Notes under the pieces: generated by a model | Told to the model about the DNA's origin: nothing | Database searches by the model: none | The model's input: the letters and a program-made list of their open reading frames with translations, nothing else | Assembly: GCA_964588395.1 (NCBI GenBank) | Contig: CAZPPF010000003.1 | Span: 1 to 55,471, forward strand | DNA: 55,471 bases | DNA from: an uncultured Candidatus Saccharibacteria bacterium | GTDB lineage: Bacteria > Patescibacteriota > Saccharimonadia > Saccharimonadales > CAZPPF01 | Reading direction: 5' to 3' | Program-made: the position numbers and the translations under genes | In this document: one piece after another, positions 14,793 to 22,833 of the stretch | Layout of the letters: each line of letters begins with the position of its first letter | Numbering within the stretch: position 1 is the first letter of the stretch

Positions 14793-15209
14793 CTACTCCA
14801 CGGAGTAAATAATTCCCTCGGGGGTGTTTTCTACCCTGAGGTGAGTGACTTCCGATTGAGCCTGAAGCTGATTCCTCTCTTCTTCAGAGAGTGCTGCGAG
14901 CCGGGTGTTGCCCTCGAGGATGAACTCCTCCGTCGTGATCTCGTGACCGTGCTTGTTGACGAACGCGATCTCGATGTGCGCATCATCACGCGAACTGCGA
15001 ATGATGGTCTCGACGCCGGACAGGCTGTTTGCCACGGATTCCATGATCTTCATGAAGTGACGGTTTGGTGCGAGGTCCAGGTACTGGATCTCTTCCGCCT
15101 CCTCATCCGAGTGGATCGTGACGACCTCGACGCACTTGATCTTGACGCGATCAGCGCCTCCCGGTCCTTCAACGTGTCCGTTGTGCTGCAGTATTACGCG
15201 GCTGCCCAC
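14793..15209 (-). CDS. Hypothetical acidic protein (138 aa) with foreign-looking codon usage
   Basis: GTG at 15209 is preceded by AGGAGG (15222-15217) with a 7-nt spacer and by a TTGACA promoter. About 29 of its first 40 codons end in G/C (hand count), against about 13 of the first 30 in groEL. No recognisable domain. The ORF-track start at 15284 would run through the promoter. Confidence 0.6.
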   Translation of the reverse strand: MGSRVILQHNGHVEGPGGADRVKIKCVEVVTIHSDEEAEEIQYLDLAPNRHFMKIMESVANSLSGVETIIRSSRDDAHIEIAFVNKHGHEITTEEFILEGNTRLAALSEEERNQLQAQSEVTHLRVENTPEGIIYSVE

Positions 15210-15254
15210 GTAGTTGCCTCCTGGTTGGTATTGCGGTAGCCAATAGGATACGAA

Positions 15255-15283
15255 AATAGTATAAAATTTGACTTTATTTGTCA
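15255..15283 (-). promoter_or_regulatory. Sigma-70-type promoter for the 138-aa gene
   Basis: On the - strand, TTGACA (15283-15278) is followed by a 15-17 nt spacer and TATACT/TACTAT (15262-15255). The leader of about 40 nt ends in AGGAGG. Confidence 0.5.
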
Positions 15284-15334
15284 AACGTTCTCTTATTGCA
15301 AAAAAGATGATTATGTTTTAGACTTGTGGTATCT

Positions 15335-15940
15335 ATGAGTGAATCTGAAAGACACCACCATGAGCCTACACCTCCACGCAACGACGATATCGAAGTTGCT
15401 GCAGAGGGTTTGTATGCTCGTAGCGAGGGCGTAAAGGTAGCACTTGGCGTTTGGACTAAGGCTCGAAAAATGGATGAAGCATTGAGGCAGGGTACCGAAG
15501 AACCATCACGACAGTTTGTAGTGCGTGTAGAGGTTGGTGGCCTCATGTCCGCCCAAGACTATCCTTTTGCTCACGATACAGTGCTATTACGTCCTACACG
15601 ACAAAGCGCAAGAGTTTGGGGTACAGACCATGCAATTATGTTGCGTTTGGGGCTAAGCCAGCGACACCCAACGCAAGGTTTACAACCCAACGAACAAGTG
15701 GTGCTAACCCATGAACACGGTGGTGAAAGGGATAAGACACTTCTACTTAATGATCTGGTCTATGGGGTAGTAACTGATCCCCGACAATTTAAAGTTGTCA
15801 GTGAAGGCACTTACCAGGAGCTACAGGGAGCACAAGGTGAACTAGAACAAGAAGAATTTAATCCAGATGAATTTAAAGCCATGCTTGAAGATTTTGAACC
15901 CACGCTCCACTTACCTCCTCAATTTTACAAAGCGTCTTGA
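15335..15940 (+). CDS. Hypothetical acidic protein (201 aa)
   Basis: ORF with ATG at 15335 (MSESERHHHEPTPP...); an alternative GTG lies at 15326. A candidate promoter is TTGCAA (15295-15300), an 18-nt spacer, then TAGACT (15319-15324). No recognisable domain. Confidence 0.55.
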   Translation: MSESERHHHEPTPPRNDDIEVAAEGLYARSEGVKVALGVWTKARKMDEALRQGTEEPSRQFVVRVEVGGLMSAQDYPFAHDTVLLRPTRQSARVWGTDHAIMLRLGLSQRHPTQGLQPNEQVVLTHEHGGERDKTLLLNDLVYGVVTDPRQFKVVSEGTYQELQGAQGELEQEEFNPDEFKAMLEDFEPTLHLPPQFYKAS

Positions 15941-15966
15941 CAGTAGTTTCGATTTTCCAGTAGTAT
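15937..15966 (+). promoter_or_regulatory. groESL promoter candidate
   Basis: TTGACA (15937-15942), 18-nt spacer, TAGTAT (15961-15966), immediately upstream of the CIRCE element. Confidence 0.5.
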
Positions 15967-15977
15967 AACTCTGTTAA

Positions 15978-16004
15978 TTAGCACTCTCATAGTGAAAGTG
16001 CTAG
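15978..16004 (+). promoter_or_regulatory. CIRCE operator (HrcA-binding inverted repeat)
   Basis: TTAGCACTC-TCATAGTGA-AAGTGCTAG compared with the consensus TTAGCACTC-N9-GAGTGCTAA. The left arm is perfect and the right arm matches 7/9. It is 27 nt upstream of groES. Confidence 0.7.
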
Positions 16005-16030
16005 CGATTCATAACTAAGGGGAGGAACCT

Positions 16031-16297
16031 ATGGCCATACCAATTCAACCACTGGCTGATTATGTTGTCGCGGTTGGTGAAGCAGCCGAAACCAAAACTG
16101 CCAGCGGGCTGTATCTACCCGACAATGCCCAAGAAAAACCGAAGACCGCCAAAGTAGTGGCAGTTGGCAAAGACGTAAAGCAAATCAAATCTGGCGACCG
16201 CATTATCTACAAAAGTTACAGTACAACTGATGTCAAAGTAGGTAGTGAAGACTATATTTTGGTCAAAGAAGAAGATATTTTAGCGACCGTTAAATAG
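16031..16297 (+). CDS. groES: Co-chaperonin GroES
   Basis: MAIPIQPLADYVVAV...TASGLYLP...GDRIIYKSY...ILATV, with GGAGG as SD. Confidence 0.95.
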   Translation: MAIPIQPLADYVVAVGEAAETKTASGLYLPDNAQEKPKTAKVVAVGKDVKQIKSGDRIIYKSYSTTDVKVGSEDYILVKEEDILATVK

Positions 16298-16305
16298 GAG
16301 ATAGA

Positions 16306-17949
16306 ATGGCAAAGAAAGTTTTTTATGACGAAGATGCACGCAAGCGTGTGCTTGGCGGAGCAGAAATTTTATATAACGCAGTCAAGACCACCATGGGCCC
16401 CAAGGGTCGCAACGTGGTTATTAGCAAAAGCTACGGTGCTCCAACGGTCACCCATGACGGTGTAACGGTAGCTAAGGGCGTCGAAATTGCCGACGAAGAT
16501 GACGAAACATTGGGTTACAAAGTGGGCGCTGAACTTATTAAGCAAGCTGCCAGTAAAATGAACGATGTGGCTGGAGACGGTACAACAACTGTTACCGTTT
16601 TGACCTATCACATTTTGAACGAAGCTAACAAGCTCATTGCCGCCGGCCATAGTCCAATGCTCTTGCGCAAAGGTTTAGAAGCCGCAGCCAAAGATGTTTT
16701 AGCTAAACTCAGCAGTTTGAGTGAAGATATCAAGGGCAAAACCTCTCGTGTGGCCGAAGTTGCTACTATCTCTGCCGGCGACCCAGAAATCGGCGACCTT
16801 ATTGCTAACGTGATCGACAAAGTAGGTAAAGACGGCGTGGTTACCGTGGAAGAAGGGCAGGGACTTTCATTAGAAAGCGAAGTGGTTGAAGGCTTCACCT
16901 TTGATAAAGGCTTTGTAAGTGCCTACATGGTAACTGACACGGCTCGTATGGAAGCCGTGGCTGACAAGCCAGCCATTGTGATCACTGACAAAAAAATTAC
17001 CTCCATTCAAGAATTCTTACCGTTGCTTGAAAAATTGGCTGCAGCTGGCAAGAAAGACCTGGTTTTAATTGCCGAAGATGTCGAAGGCGAAGCACTTGGC
17101 ACGCTGGTATTGAACAAATTAAAGGGTGTGTTTAACACTATTGCCGTTAAAGCTCCGGCGTTTGGTGATCGACGCAAAGAAATTCTAGAAGATATTGCAA
17201 CCTTAACTGGTGGTCAAGTTATCAGCGAAGATCGCGGCATGACTTTTGAGAACGTTGAGCTTGATGTAGTGGGTTCTGCGCGTAAGGTAATTGTTAGCCA
17301 GGATGAAACAACCATTATTGAAGGCGGTGGTAAGCCCGCTGCTGTTAAAACTCGTATTGCTCAAATTGTTTCACAAGTCGGCAACGCTACCAGCGAATAT
17401 GACAAAGAAAATCTGGAAAAGCGCCGAGCTGCCCTGGAAGGTAAAGTTGCTGTAATCAAAGTTGGCGGCGCCACCGAAACAGAGATAGAAGAAAAGAAAT
17501 TCCGCGTTGATGATGCAGTCCACGCAGTCAAAGCCGCTCTAGAAGAGGGAATTGTGCCTGGTGGTGGCGTGACTCAGGTTAATCTGGCCGATTTCATAAA
17601 GGTAGAAGGTCATGGAGCTGATGCTGCTGGTGCCCAACTACTGAAAAACGCGCTCGAGCAGCCGTTTCGTATTTTGTTAGAAAACGCAGGACTCAATGCC
17701 GATGAATGGCTTCCTCAAGTCAAAGTAGCCAAAAAGGGCCAAGGTGTTGACGTGAATAACCCAGCTAAACTAGTTGATCTAAAGACTGCAGGCATAGTTG
17801 ACCCTACTCGCGTAACCAAAGAAGCCATCCAAAACGCTGTGTCTATTGCTGGAACCAGCATGACCATGGGCGCACTTGTCGTAGATGTGCCCGAAAAACA
17901 ACCCCCTATGTCTGCCGGTGGAGGCATGGACATGGGCGGCATGATGTGA
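16306..17949 (+). CDS. groEL: Chaperonin GroEL
   Basis: MAKKVFYDEDARKRVLGG...AGDGTTTVTVL...VAVIKVGGATE..., with the C-terminal GGGMDMGGMM tail. Confidence 0.97.
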   Translation: MAKKVFYDEDARKRVLGGAEILYNAVKTTMGPKGRNVVISKSYGAPTVTHDGVTVAKGVEIADEDDETLGYKVGAELIKQAASKMNDVAGDGTTTVTVLTYHILNEANKLIAAGHSPMLLRKGLEAAAKDVLAKLSSLSEDIKGKTSRVAEVATISAGDPEIGDLIANVIDKVGKDGVVTVEEGQGLSLESEVVEGFTFDKGFVSAYMVTDTARMEAVADKPAIVITDKKITSIQEFLPLLEKLAAAGKKDLVLIAEDVEGEALGTLVLNKLKGVFNTIAVKAPAFGDRRKEILEDIATLTGGQVISEDRGMTFENVELDVVGSARKVIVSQDETTIIEGGGKPAAVKTRIAQIVSQVGNATSEYDKENLEKRRAALEGKVAVIKVGGATETEIEEKKFRVDDAVHAVKAALEEGIVPGGGVTQVNLADFIKVEGHGADAAGAQLLKNALEQPFRILLENAGLNADEWLPQVKVAKKGQGVDVNNPAKLVDLKTAGIVDPTRVTKEAIQNAVSIAGTSMTMGALVVDVPEKQPPMSAGGGMDMGGMM

Positions 17950-17959
17950 CCTCCATAAG

Positions 17960-18577
17960 TTAATATCTAAATTTGTTGAGTTTTTCTTTGCTTTGGTATG
18001 AATGTTGTCCAAAAGCATCCAGAACATCGTTGATGGGGTCACGAGGTCTTAGCTTTAAAGCCTTCCGTGTAATTTTAGACTTAACTCGATTTGGGAACGT
18101 ATATGGGTCATAGCCATCGAGCTGGTCTTGTTTGTTCTTTTCTTGCAGCGCCTGCACAAATGTAGCCCGCTTATCCATGCGTTCGGAAGTTGTTGCTAAA
18201 GCAATCGCAACTCCATAGACGCCAAAAAGTGCCGCAGAGCCAATTAAGCGAGCGGGCTTTTTTATGAGTACTTCGGTAGACCTAGCTTCCATAGTGGCTT
18301 GCCAGCCATCTCGAAGTGAATTCCAGCGTTGCTTAAAAAATCCTTGGTTACTAATATTTTCAACCGGATTGGCTGGGATTTCGCCTGAGCGTAGCTGACG
18401 TAAATAATCAACCAAGGGGTCAACGTTGGCAGCAATATCATCGAGTGTAACTTTACGCTGCACAGCTACTTCCGCGGGTAGAGCTAAACTAGGGGCAGGC
18501 ACCTCTGGGGTAGGGAACAACTGGCCCTGACCAGGAATTTGTTCTATTGGTTGTGGTGTTTGTAGTCTTTCGTTCAT
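17960..18577 (-). CDS. Hypothetical membrane protein
   Basis: The start is set at the ATG at 18577 (MNERLQTPQPIEQ...). It has one central TM (LIGSAALFGVYGVAIALATT). No domain recognised. Confidence 0.5.
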   Translation of the reverse strand: MNERLQTPQPIEQIPGQGQLFPTPEVPAPSLALPAEVAVQRKVTLDDIAANVDPLVDYLRQLRSGEIPANPVENISNQGFFKQRWNSLRDGWQATMEARSTEVLIKKPARLIGSAALFGVYGVAIALATTSERMDKRATFVQALQEKNKQDQLDGYDPYTFPNRVKSKITRKALKLRPRDPINDVLDAFGQHSYQSKEKLNKFRY

Positions 18578-18702
18578 TTTTGTTTTGATCTTACATATAG
18601 AATAATAACATAAGCTTTTATTAATGTCAATAGAGTAGTCTTGTACCATTGCCAAAAGTTCCATTTTGTACTATGATTATGTTTACAAAAGAGGAGCATG
18701 TA

Positions 18703-19233
18703 GTGGCAATCTGGCCGTTTAATCGGAATCGAAATACCTCACCTCAGACCAAGGTTCCTGAGGAAGTTGAGCAGTATTATCAGAGTGAACGTCGTGACCG
18801 AGTAGGCGTAGCTTGGCTGTTGGCTGGAGCGACCCTGATTATTACAGTCCTGATAGTGCTTGGCTTGTTTTTTGGCGGTCGTTGGGCTTACCGCAAAATT
18901 GCCAACAAAGATAACAAGTCTGGTACACAAACTGCGCAAACGAATCAACCCACCGAACAGAGTCCTGCTAGCCAGGCGCCGAGTTCAAATAACTCCAGTT
19001 CCGGGTCTCCATCGAGCGGCAGCACAAGCGGTAATACCAACAGCCAAAGCAGTACCAGTCAGGGGAACGTCGCAGCTCCCACGCAAACCAACAACCCATC
19101 ATCAGTGCCAGCTGGGCCAACTCAAACCAGTGTGCCCAACACCGGTCCAGGCGAAACAATAGCTGTTTTTGCGCTGGTTAGTTTGGCAGGTTATCTTGGT
19201 TACGCCAGCTACCTACGACGTAAGCTCAACTAG
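18703..19233 (+). CDS. Ser/Thr/Gln/Pro-rich surface protein with an N-terminal anchor and a C-terminal LPXTG-like sorting signal
   Basis: GAGGAG, 6 nt, then GTG at 18703. N-terminal TM VAWLLAGATLIITVLIVLGLFF. Low-complexity SSNNSSSGSPSSGSTSGNTNSQSS. The C-terminal end is VPNTG, a hydrophobic stretch, then RRKLN. Confidence 0.6.
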   Translation: MAIWPFNRNRNTSPQTKVPEEVEQYYQSERRDRVGVAWLLAGATLIITVLIVLGLFFGGRWAYRKIANKDNKSGTQTAQTNQPTEQSPASQAPSSNNSSSGSPSSGSTSGNTNSQSSTSQGNVAAPTQTNNPSSVPAGPTQTSVPNTGPGETIAVFALVSLAGYLGYASYLRRKLN

Positions 19234-19748
19234 CTTTCTTTTTGTTGGGTAAAGTAGTTGATCTCGTTAACTATATCAAGCAGTGCTTGCGCCCGGTCTT
19301 TTTCGTCAGTAATTTTCTCCGCTGCTTCATAGGCTTCGCTCAGAAGACTTTGATCATCAGAAGCTTGGATCATCATCATCAGCGTGCGGAACTTTTCTTC
19401 AGGGGATTGTTCCAGATGTCCAACCAGTGGAGACAAGTGTTGCAGAGCCTTTTGTTTGATATCAAGCAGGTCATTATCTTTGTTGTCGAGTAAGTCATCA
19501 TCACTGCCATTGGACGTTGGTGCAGGAGCGTCAGAGCTGCTCGGTGCAGCTGGGCTGGGCGCTGAAACGCTAGCAGCAAGCTCGTCGAGGGTTTGGTCGT
19601 TGCTTGTGGGGGCTGGCATAGACGGCGCACTTGGTGGTGCTGGTAGGTTCAAACCACCATTACTGGCACCAGGCGTTTGGTCAGCCAGAGGTGCAAAACC
19701 CGACCCACTATCCTGCGGCTGATTATTGGTATCGTTATTTCCGAACAT
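19230..19748 (-). CDS. Hypothetical acidic protein with a Pro/Ser/Ala-rich N-terminal half
   Basis: ATG at 19748 (MFGNNDTNNQ...) preceded by GGTGGA. The C-terminal half looks helical. No domain recognised. Confidence 0.55.
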   Translation of the reverse strand: MFGNNDTNNQPQDSGSGFAPLADQTPGASNGGLNLPAPPSAPSMPAPTSNDQTLDELAASVSAPSPAAPSSSDAPAPTSNGSDDDLLDNKDNDLLDIKQKALQHLSPLVGHLEQSPEEKFRTLMMMIQASDDQSLLSEAYEAAEKITDEKDRAQALLDIVNEINYFTQQKES

Positions 19749-19857
19749 TTCCACCCCCGTTTGGTTACTTCGTTGCAATTTTAAAATTTACGAATTCAAT
19801 CTACAATATATGGTAGCAAAGACGTATGATAAACAAAAGCAGGATTGGGGACAAAAC

Positions 19858-20892
19858 ATGTTAGATGATTTGAAGTACATACATGAGCGTGATGCACAGG
19901 ATGCCCTTGGGGTTGCCTCCAAGCAGTGGCAACAACTAAGCCACGTATTTAACATAGAACTACCAAAGCGTGGACCAGTTGAAAACATTATTTTGGCCGG
20001 GATGGGTGGCTCAGCACTGCCAGGGGTATTTATGCAATCCTGGCCGGGTCTAAGGGTTCCATTTGAAATTGTAAGGAACTATAGTTTGCCAGAGTATGTT
20101 GGCGAAAAAACGCTGTTCATCTCCTCCAGTTACTCGGGTAACACTGAAGAAACGTTATCAGCGCTGGCTGATGCAGAAAAGCGCGGTGCGCAGATTATCG
20201 TAATTGCGGCTAGTGGACAACTACAGCAAATCGCAAAGGATAAAAATTACCCTTTGCTAGAAATTCCTTCTGGTATACAGCCACGCATGTCGTCATTTTA
20301 CTTTTTGACAGCATTCGTCCAATTACTTGAGCCCCTCGGTTTAATTGAGCAGGGTAAACAAACTGAACTGGGACAAGTTGCGAGCTGGCTGAAGCAACAA
20401 CCCGCCGCTTGGGTTGCCGATGTACCTGCCAAAGAAAATCTGGCCAAACAAATCGCCCAAGAGCTGATGGGCAAGACAGTCATTATGTACAGTGGTCCTC
20501 TAATGTGGCCGGCGGCCAACAAATGGAAAATCTGTTTTAACGAAAATGCCAAAAATACCGCCTGGTCCAATCAGTACCCAGAATTTAATCACAATGAATT
20601 TATCGGTTGGAGCAGCCATCCAGTTGATAAACCTTTTGCAGTGATAGAAATTCGTTCCAAACTCGAACATGAGCGGGTTCAAAAACGATTTATGGTGAGC
20701 GATAAATTGCTATCAGGTAAGCGACCCAGCCCAATTGTTGTAGAGCCAAAAGGAGACAGTTTGCTGCAGCAACTGCTCTATTCGTCTATGCTCGGTGACT
20801 TTACCAGTATTTATTTAGCACTCCTTAACGGTGTTAATCCTACCCCCGTTGATTTGGTCGAGAAACTCAAAACTGCACTTAACGATCAATAG
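19858..20892 (+). CDS. Bifunctional phosphoglucose/phosphomannose isomerase family protein (SIS domain)
   Basis: ILAGMGGSALPG...FISSSYSGNTEET...EFNHNE. The start is ambiguous: ATG at 19858 (MLDDLKYI, chosen here) or ATG at 19810. Confidence 0.75.
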   Translation: MLDDLKYIHERDAQDALGVASKQWQQLSHVFNIELPKRGPVENIILAGMGGSALPGVFMQSWPGLRVPFEIVRNYSLPEYVGEKTLFISSSYSGNTEETLSALADAEKRGAQIIVIAASGQLQQIAKDKNYPLLEIPSGIQPRMSSFYFLTAFVQLLEPLGLIEQGKQTELGQVASWLKQQPAAWVADVPAKENLAKQIAQELMGKTVIMYSGPLMWPAANKWKICFNENAKNTAWSNQYPEFNHNEFIGWSSHPVDKPFAVIEIRSKLEHERVQKRFMVSDKLLSGKRPSPIVVEPKGDSLLQQLLYSSMLGDFTSIYLALLNGVNPTPVDLVEKLKTALNDQ

Positions 20893-20931
20893 GCAAGGGA
20901 TTATGATAAAAGGTAATCGATAGGATTATCT

Positions 20932-21669
20932 ATGAGTCAGAAGCCCTTAACTACACCAGACGATATCAAGCAACTTGGAACTATTTTGTCGTTCTGGGCA
21001 CATCCAGATGACGAAACGTTTGCCTGCGCAGGTATCATGGCTACCGCAGTAAAAAATGGCCAAAAAGTTATCTGTGTAACCGCGACCCGGGGCGAAGAAG
21101 GTGTCCAAGACGAAAGCCGCTGGCCTAGGGAACAATTGGCCCAAATTCGCAGTAGAGAGCTGAAGGATGCTCTCAAGATCCTGGGAATTAGTGCGCATTT
21201 CTTTTTGAAGTACCACGATGGTTTGCTTGACAGGGTTGAGCTTGAAGATGGGGCTCGGCAAGTGCGTAATTTTATTCGCAAATACCAGCCAGACACTATT
21301 CTGACCTTTGGCCCTGAGGGCTGGACCGGGCATCCGGACCACCAGAGTGTCTCACATTGGGTCACTCATGCACTAAAAACTCTCAAAAACCCGCCCAAAC
21401 GCTATAACTGGGTATTACTCGAAGATAATTACCAAAACTATATGAGAGATGCCGATAAACAATTTCATATTTACTTTAATATCGACAAACCACCCCTTGT
21501 TGGCACCAAAAAATGCGACTTGTGTTTTAGCTGTGATGATGCACTTTGCGCCAAAAAATGCGCTGCGCTGGCGGCTATGCCTTCGCAAATGGAACGTATC
21601 ATGCAGCATTATGACGAGAAAACGCTGTTTGAGATGTTTCGGCCGGAAGCGTTTGTGCGCGCTAAATAG
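20932..21669 (+). CDS. PIG-L/LmbE-family N-acetylglucosaminyl deacetylase
   Basis: WAHPDDETFACAG (AHPDD motif) and GHPDHQ (HPDH motif). Confidence 0.85.
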   Translation: MSQKPLTTPDDIKQLGTILSFWAHPDDETFACAGIMATAVKNGQKVICVTATRGEEGVQDESRWPREQLAQIRSRELKDALKILGISAHFFLKYHDGLLDRVELEDGARQVRNFIRKYQPDTILTFGPEGWTGHPDHQSVSHWVTHALKTLKNPPKRYNWVLLEDNYQNYMRDADKQFHIYFNIDKPPLVGTKKCDLCFSCDDALCAKKCAALAAMPSQMERIMQHYDEKTLFEMFRPEAFVRAK

Positions 21670-22183
21670 GTTGCTGCTTGAAGCCCAGTAAATAACCTAC
21701 ATAGCTAATGAGTAAATGTAGACCAAAATAAAGCACTGCTACTCGGAGTACTAGCTCAAATGGGGGCAACAAAACAAAGTACGACAGTACCAAACCGCCA
21801 ATAATGTAGTCTAATTGGTCGAAGGGAAACCAACTGTTACCCGGTTTAATACCCGCTTTTCTTTTGAAAAAGCTTTCTATGGCGTCGCCAAGAAGGGCAC
21901 CAAGCCCCATCAGCGTAGTTCCAATCACAAAAATACCGAATTCGTATGGAAAGGAGTAGAGCTGGAAGAGCACCAACCCAGTAATTAAGGCTGCAACCGT
22001 ACCACTCACCACACCTCGCACTGTTTTATTAGGTCCAAAAATCGGCTGACCGTTAATACGTGTGCCCAAGTCTAGGGGTGTTTTCCACTGGTTGAGCCCA
22101 GGAATTTTATTAGCAATAAGTGGTGCCATATTGGCAACTCCAGCTGGCAAGAAAAACAACAGTGCGTAAAACCAACTATGCAT
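21662..22183 (-). CDS. CarS-like (CDP-archaeol synthase family, DUF46) membrane cytidylyltransferase
   Basis: FFLPAGVANMAPLIANKIPGL...PLDLG...GPNKTVRGVVSG...GDAIESFFKRKAGIKPG...PFDQLDY matches the CarS family pattern from memory. Its ATG overlaps the upstream stop by 1 nt. Confidence 0.75.
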   Translation of the reverse strand: MHSWFYALLFFLPAGVANMAPLIANKIPGLNQWKTPLDLGTRINGQPIFGPNKTVRGVVSGTVAALITGLVLFQLYSFPYEFGIFVIGTTLMGLGALLGDAIESFFKRKAGIKPGNSWFPFDQLDYIIGGLVLSYFVLLPPFELVLRVAVLYFGLHLLISYVGYLLGFKQQPI

Positions 22184-22833
22184 TAAGCTTTTCCTAATTT
22201 CTTTCTTAGTCTGTGAGCTTTGGGGTAAAGCAACGTACGCAAGGGAGGTCGACCAGCCGTGAGCCGAGCTGTACCGAGCTGCTCAAGTAAATTATCTACA
22301 GTAACTGGCTCATTTACTGCAGTGAAGGTGGTGCCGAGACCCTTACGACCATGCGCATCACTACTTGCAGCCATAACTTTGCCATGTAGCCTTGCCCAGG
22401 TAGCAGCTTTTGGCCCGCGATTTTGAAAGAATGCCCGGCCATTATGGACTTCGACAATGTCGACCTGCCCCGCTAAACCATTTAAGGTTGCTTCACTCAC
22501 GCCATGACGTACAGTTTCAAACGGATGCGGAATATAGACCAGCCCACCTTGTTTTTTAATGGCTTCTGCGGTTGCATGAGCCGTTTGACCTGGTTCAATA
22601 ACATTCGTCAAAAATAATCCGATAATTTCGCCCTCCTGGGTCATAATTTCCTCTCCGATAATAATATGTTTGCCCAAAGCTTTAGATAATTCCACGGCCC
22701 GATCAATAGCGTTGTGATCTGTAATAGCGACGAAATTGAGCAGCTCATCTTCGATCACATGCATATACTCTTCTCGCTTAATGCCGCCATCGGGCGAAAG
22801 GTCAGAATGCGTATGTAGATCAATTTTGAGCAT
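22183..22833 (-). CDS. PHP-domain metal-dependent phosphoesterase
   Basis: MLKIDLHTHSDLSPDG...AITDHN...IPHPF...SSDAHG, which are the PHP His/Asp motifs. It overlaps the upstream gene by 14 nt. Confidence 0.85.
   Translation of the reverse strand: MLKIDLHTHSDLSPDGGIKREEYMHVIEDELLNFVAITDHNAIDRAVELSKALGKHIIIGEEIMTQEGEIIGLFLTNVIEPGQTAHATAEAIKKQGGLVYIPHPFETVRHGVSEATLNGLAGQVDIVEVHNGRAFFQNRGPKAATWARLHGKVMAASSDAHGRKGLGTTFTAVNEPVTVDNLLEQLGTARLTAGRPPLRTLLYPKAHRLRKKLGKA

Noticed and set aside
14226-14808. ORF-track entries 14226-14483 (+), 14264-14596 (-) and 14476-14808 (+) as protein-coding genes
   Set aside because: They overlap one another on both strands and lack SD or -10-adjacent starts. Their translations are Cys/Arg/Ser/Gly-rich and not protein-like. 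This is the expected by-product of GC-rich non-coding DNA.
14748-15239. 163-aa + strand ORF mirroring the 138-aa gene
   Set aside because: It is an antisense shadow ORF. Its translation is dominated by Leu/Arg/Asp/Val runs. It has no promoter or SD, whereas the - strand frame has TTGACA, a -10 box and AGGAGG-7-GTG.
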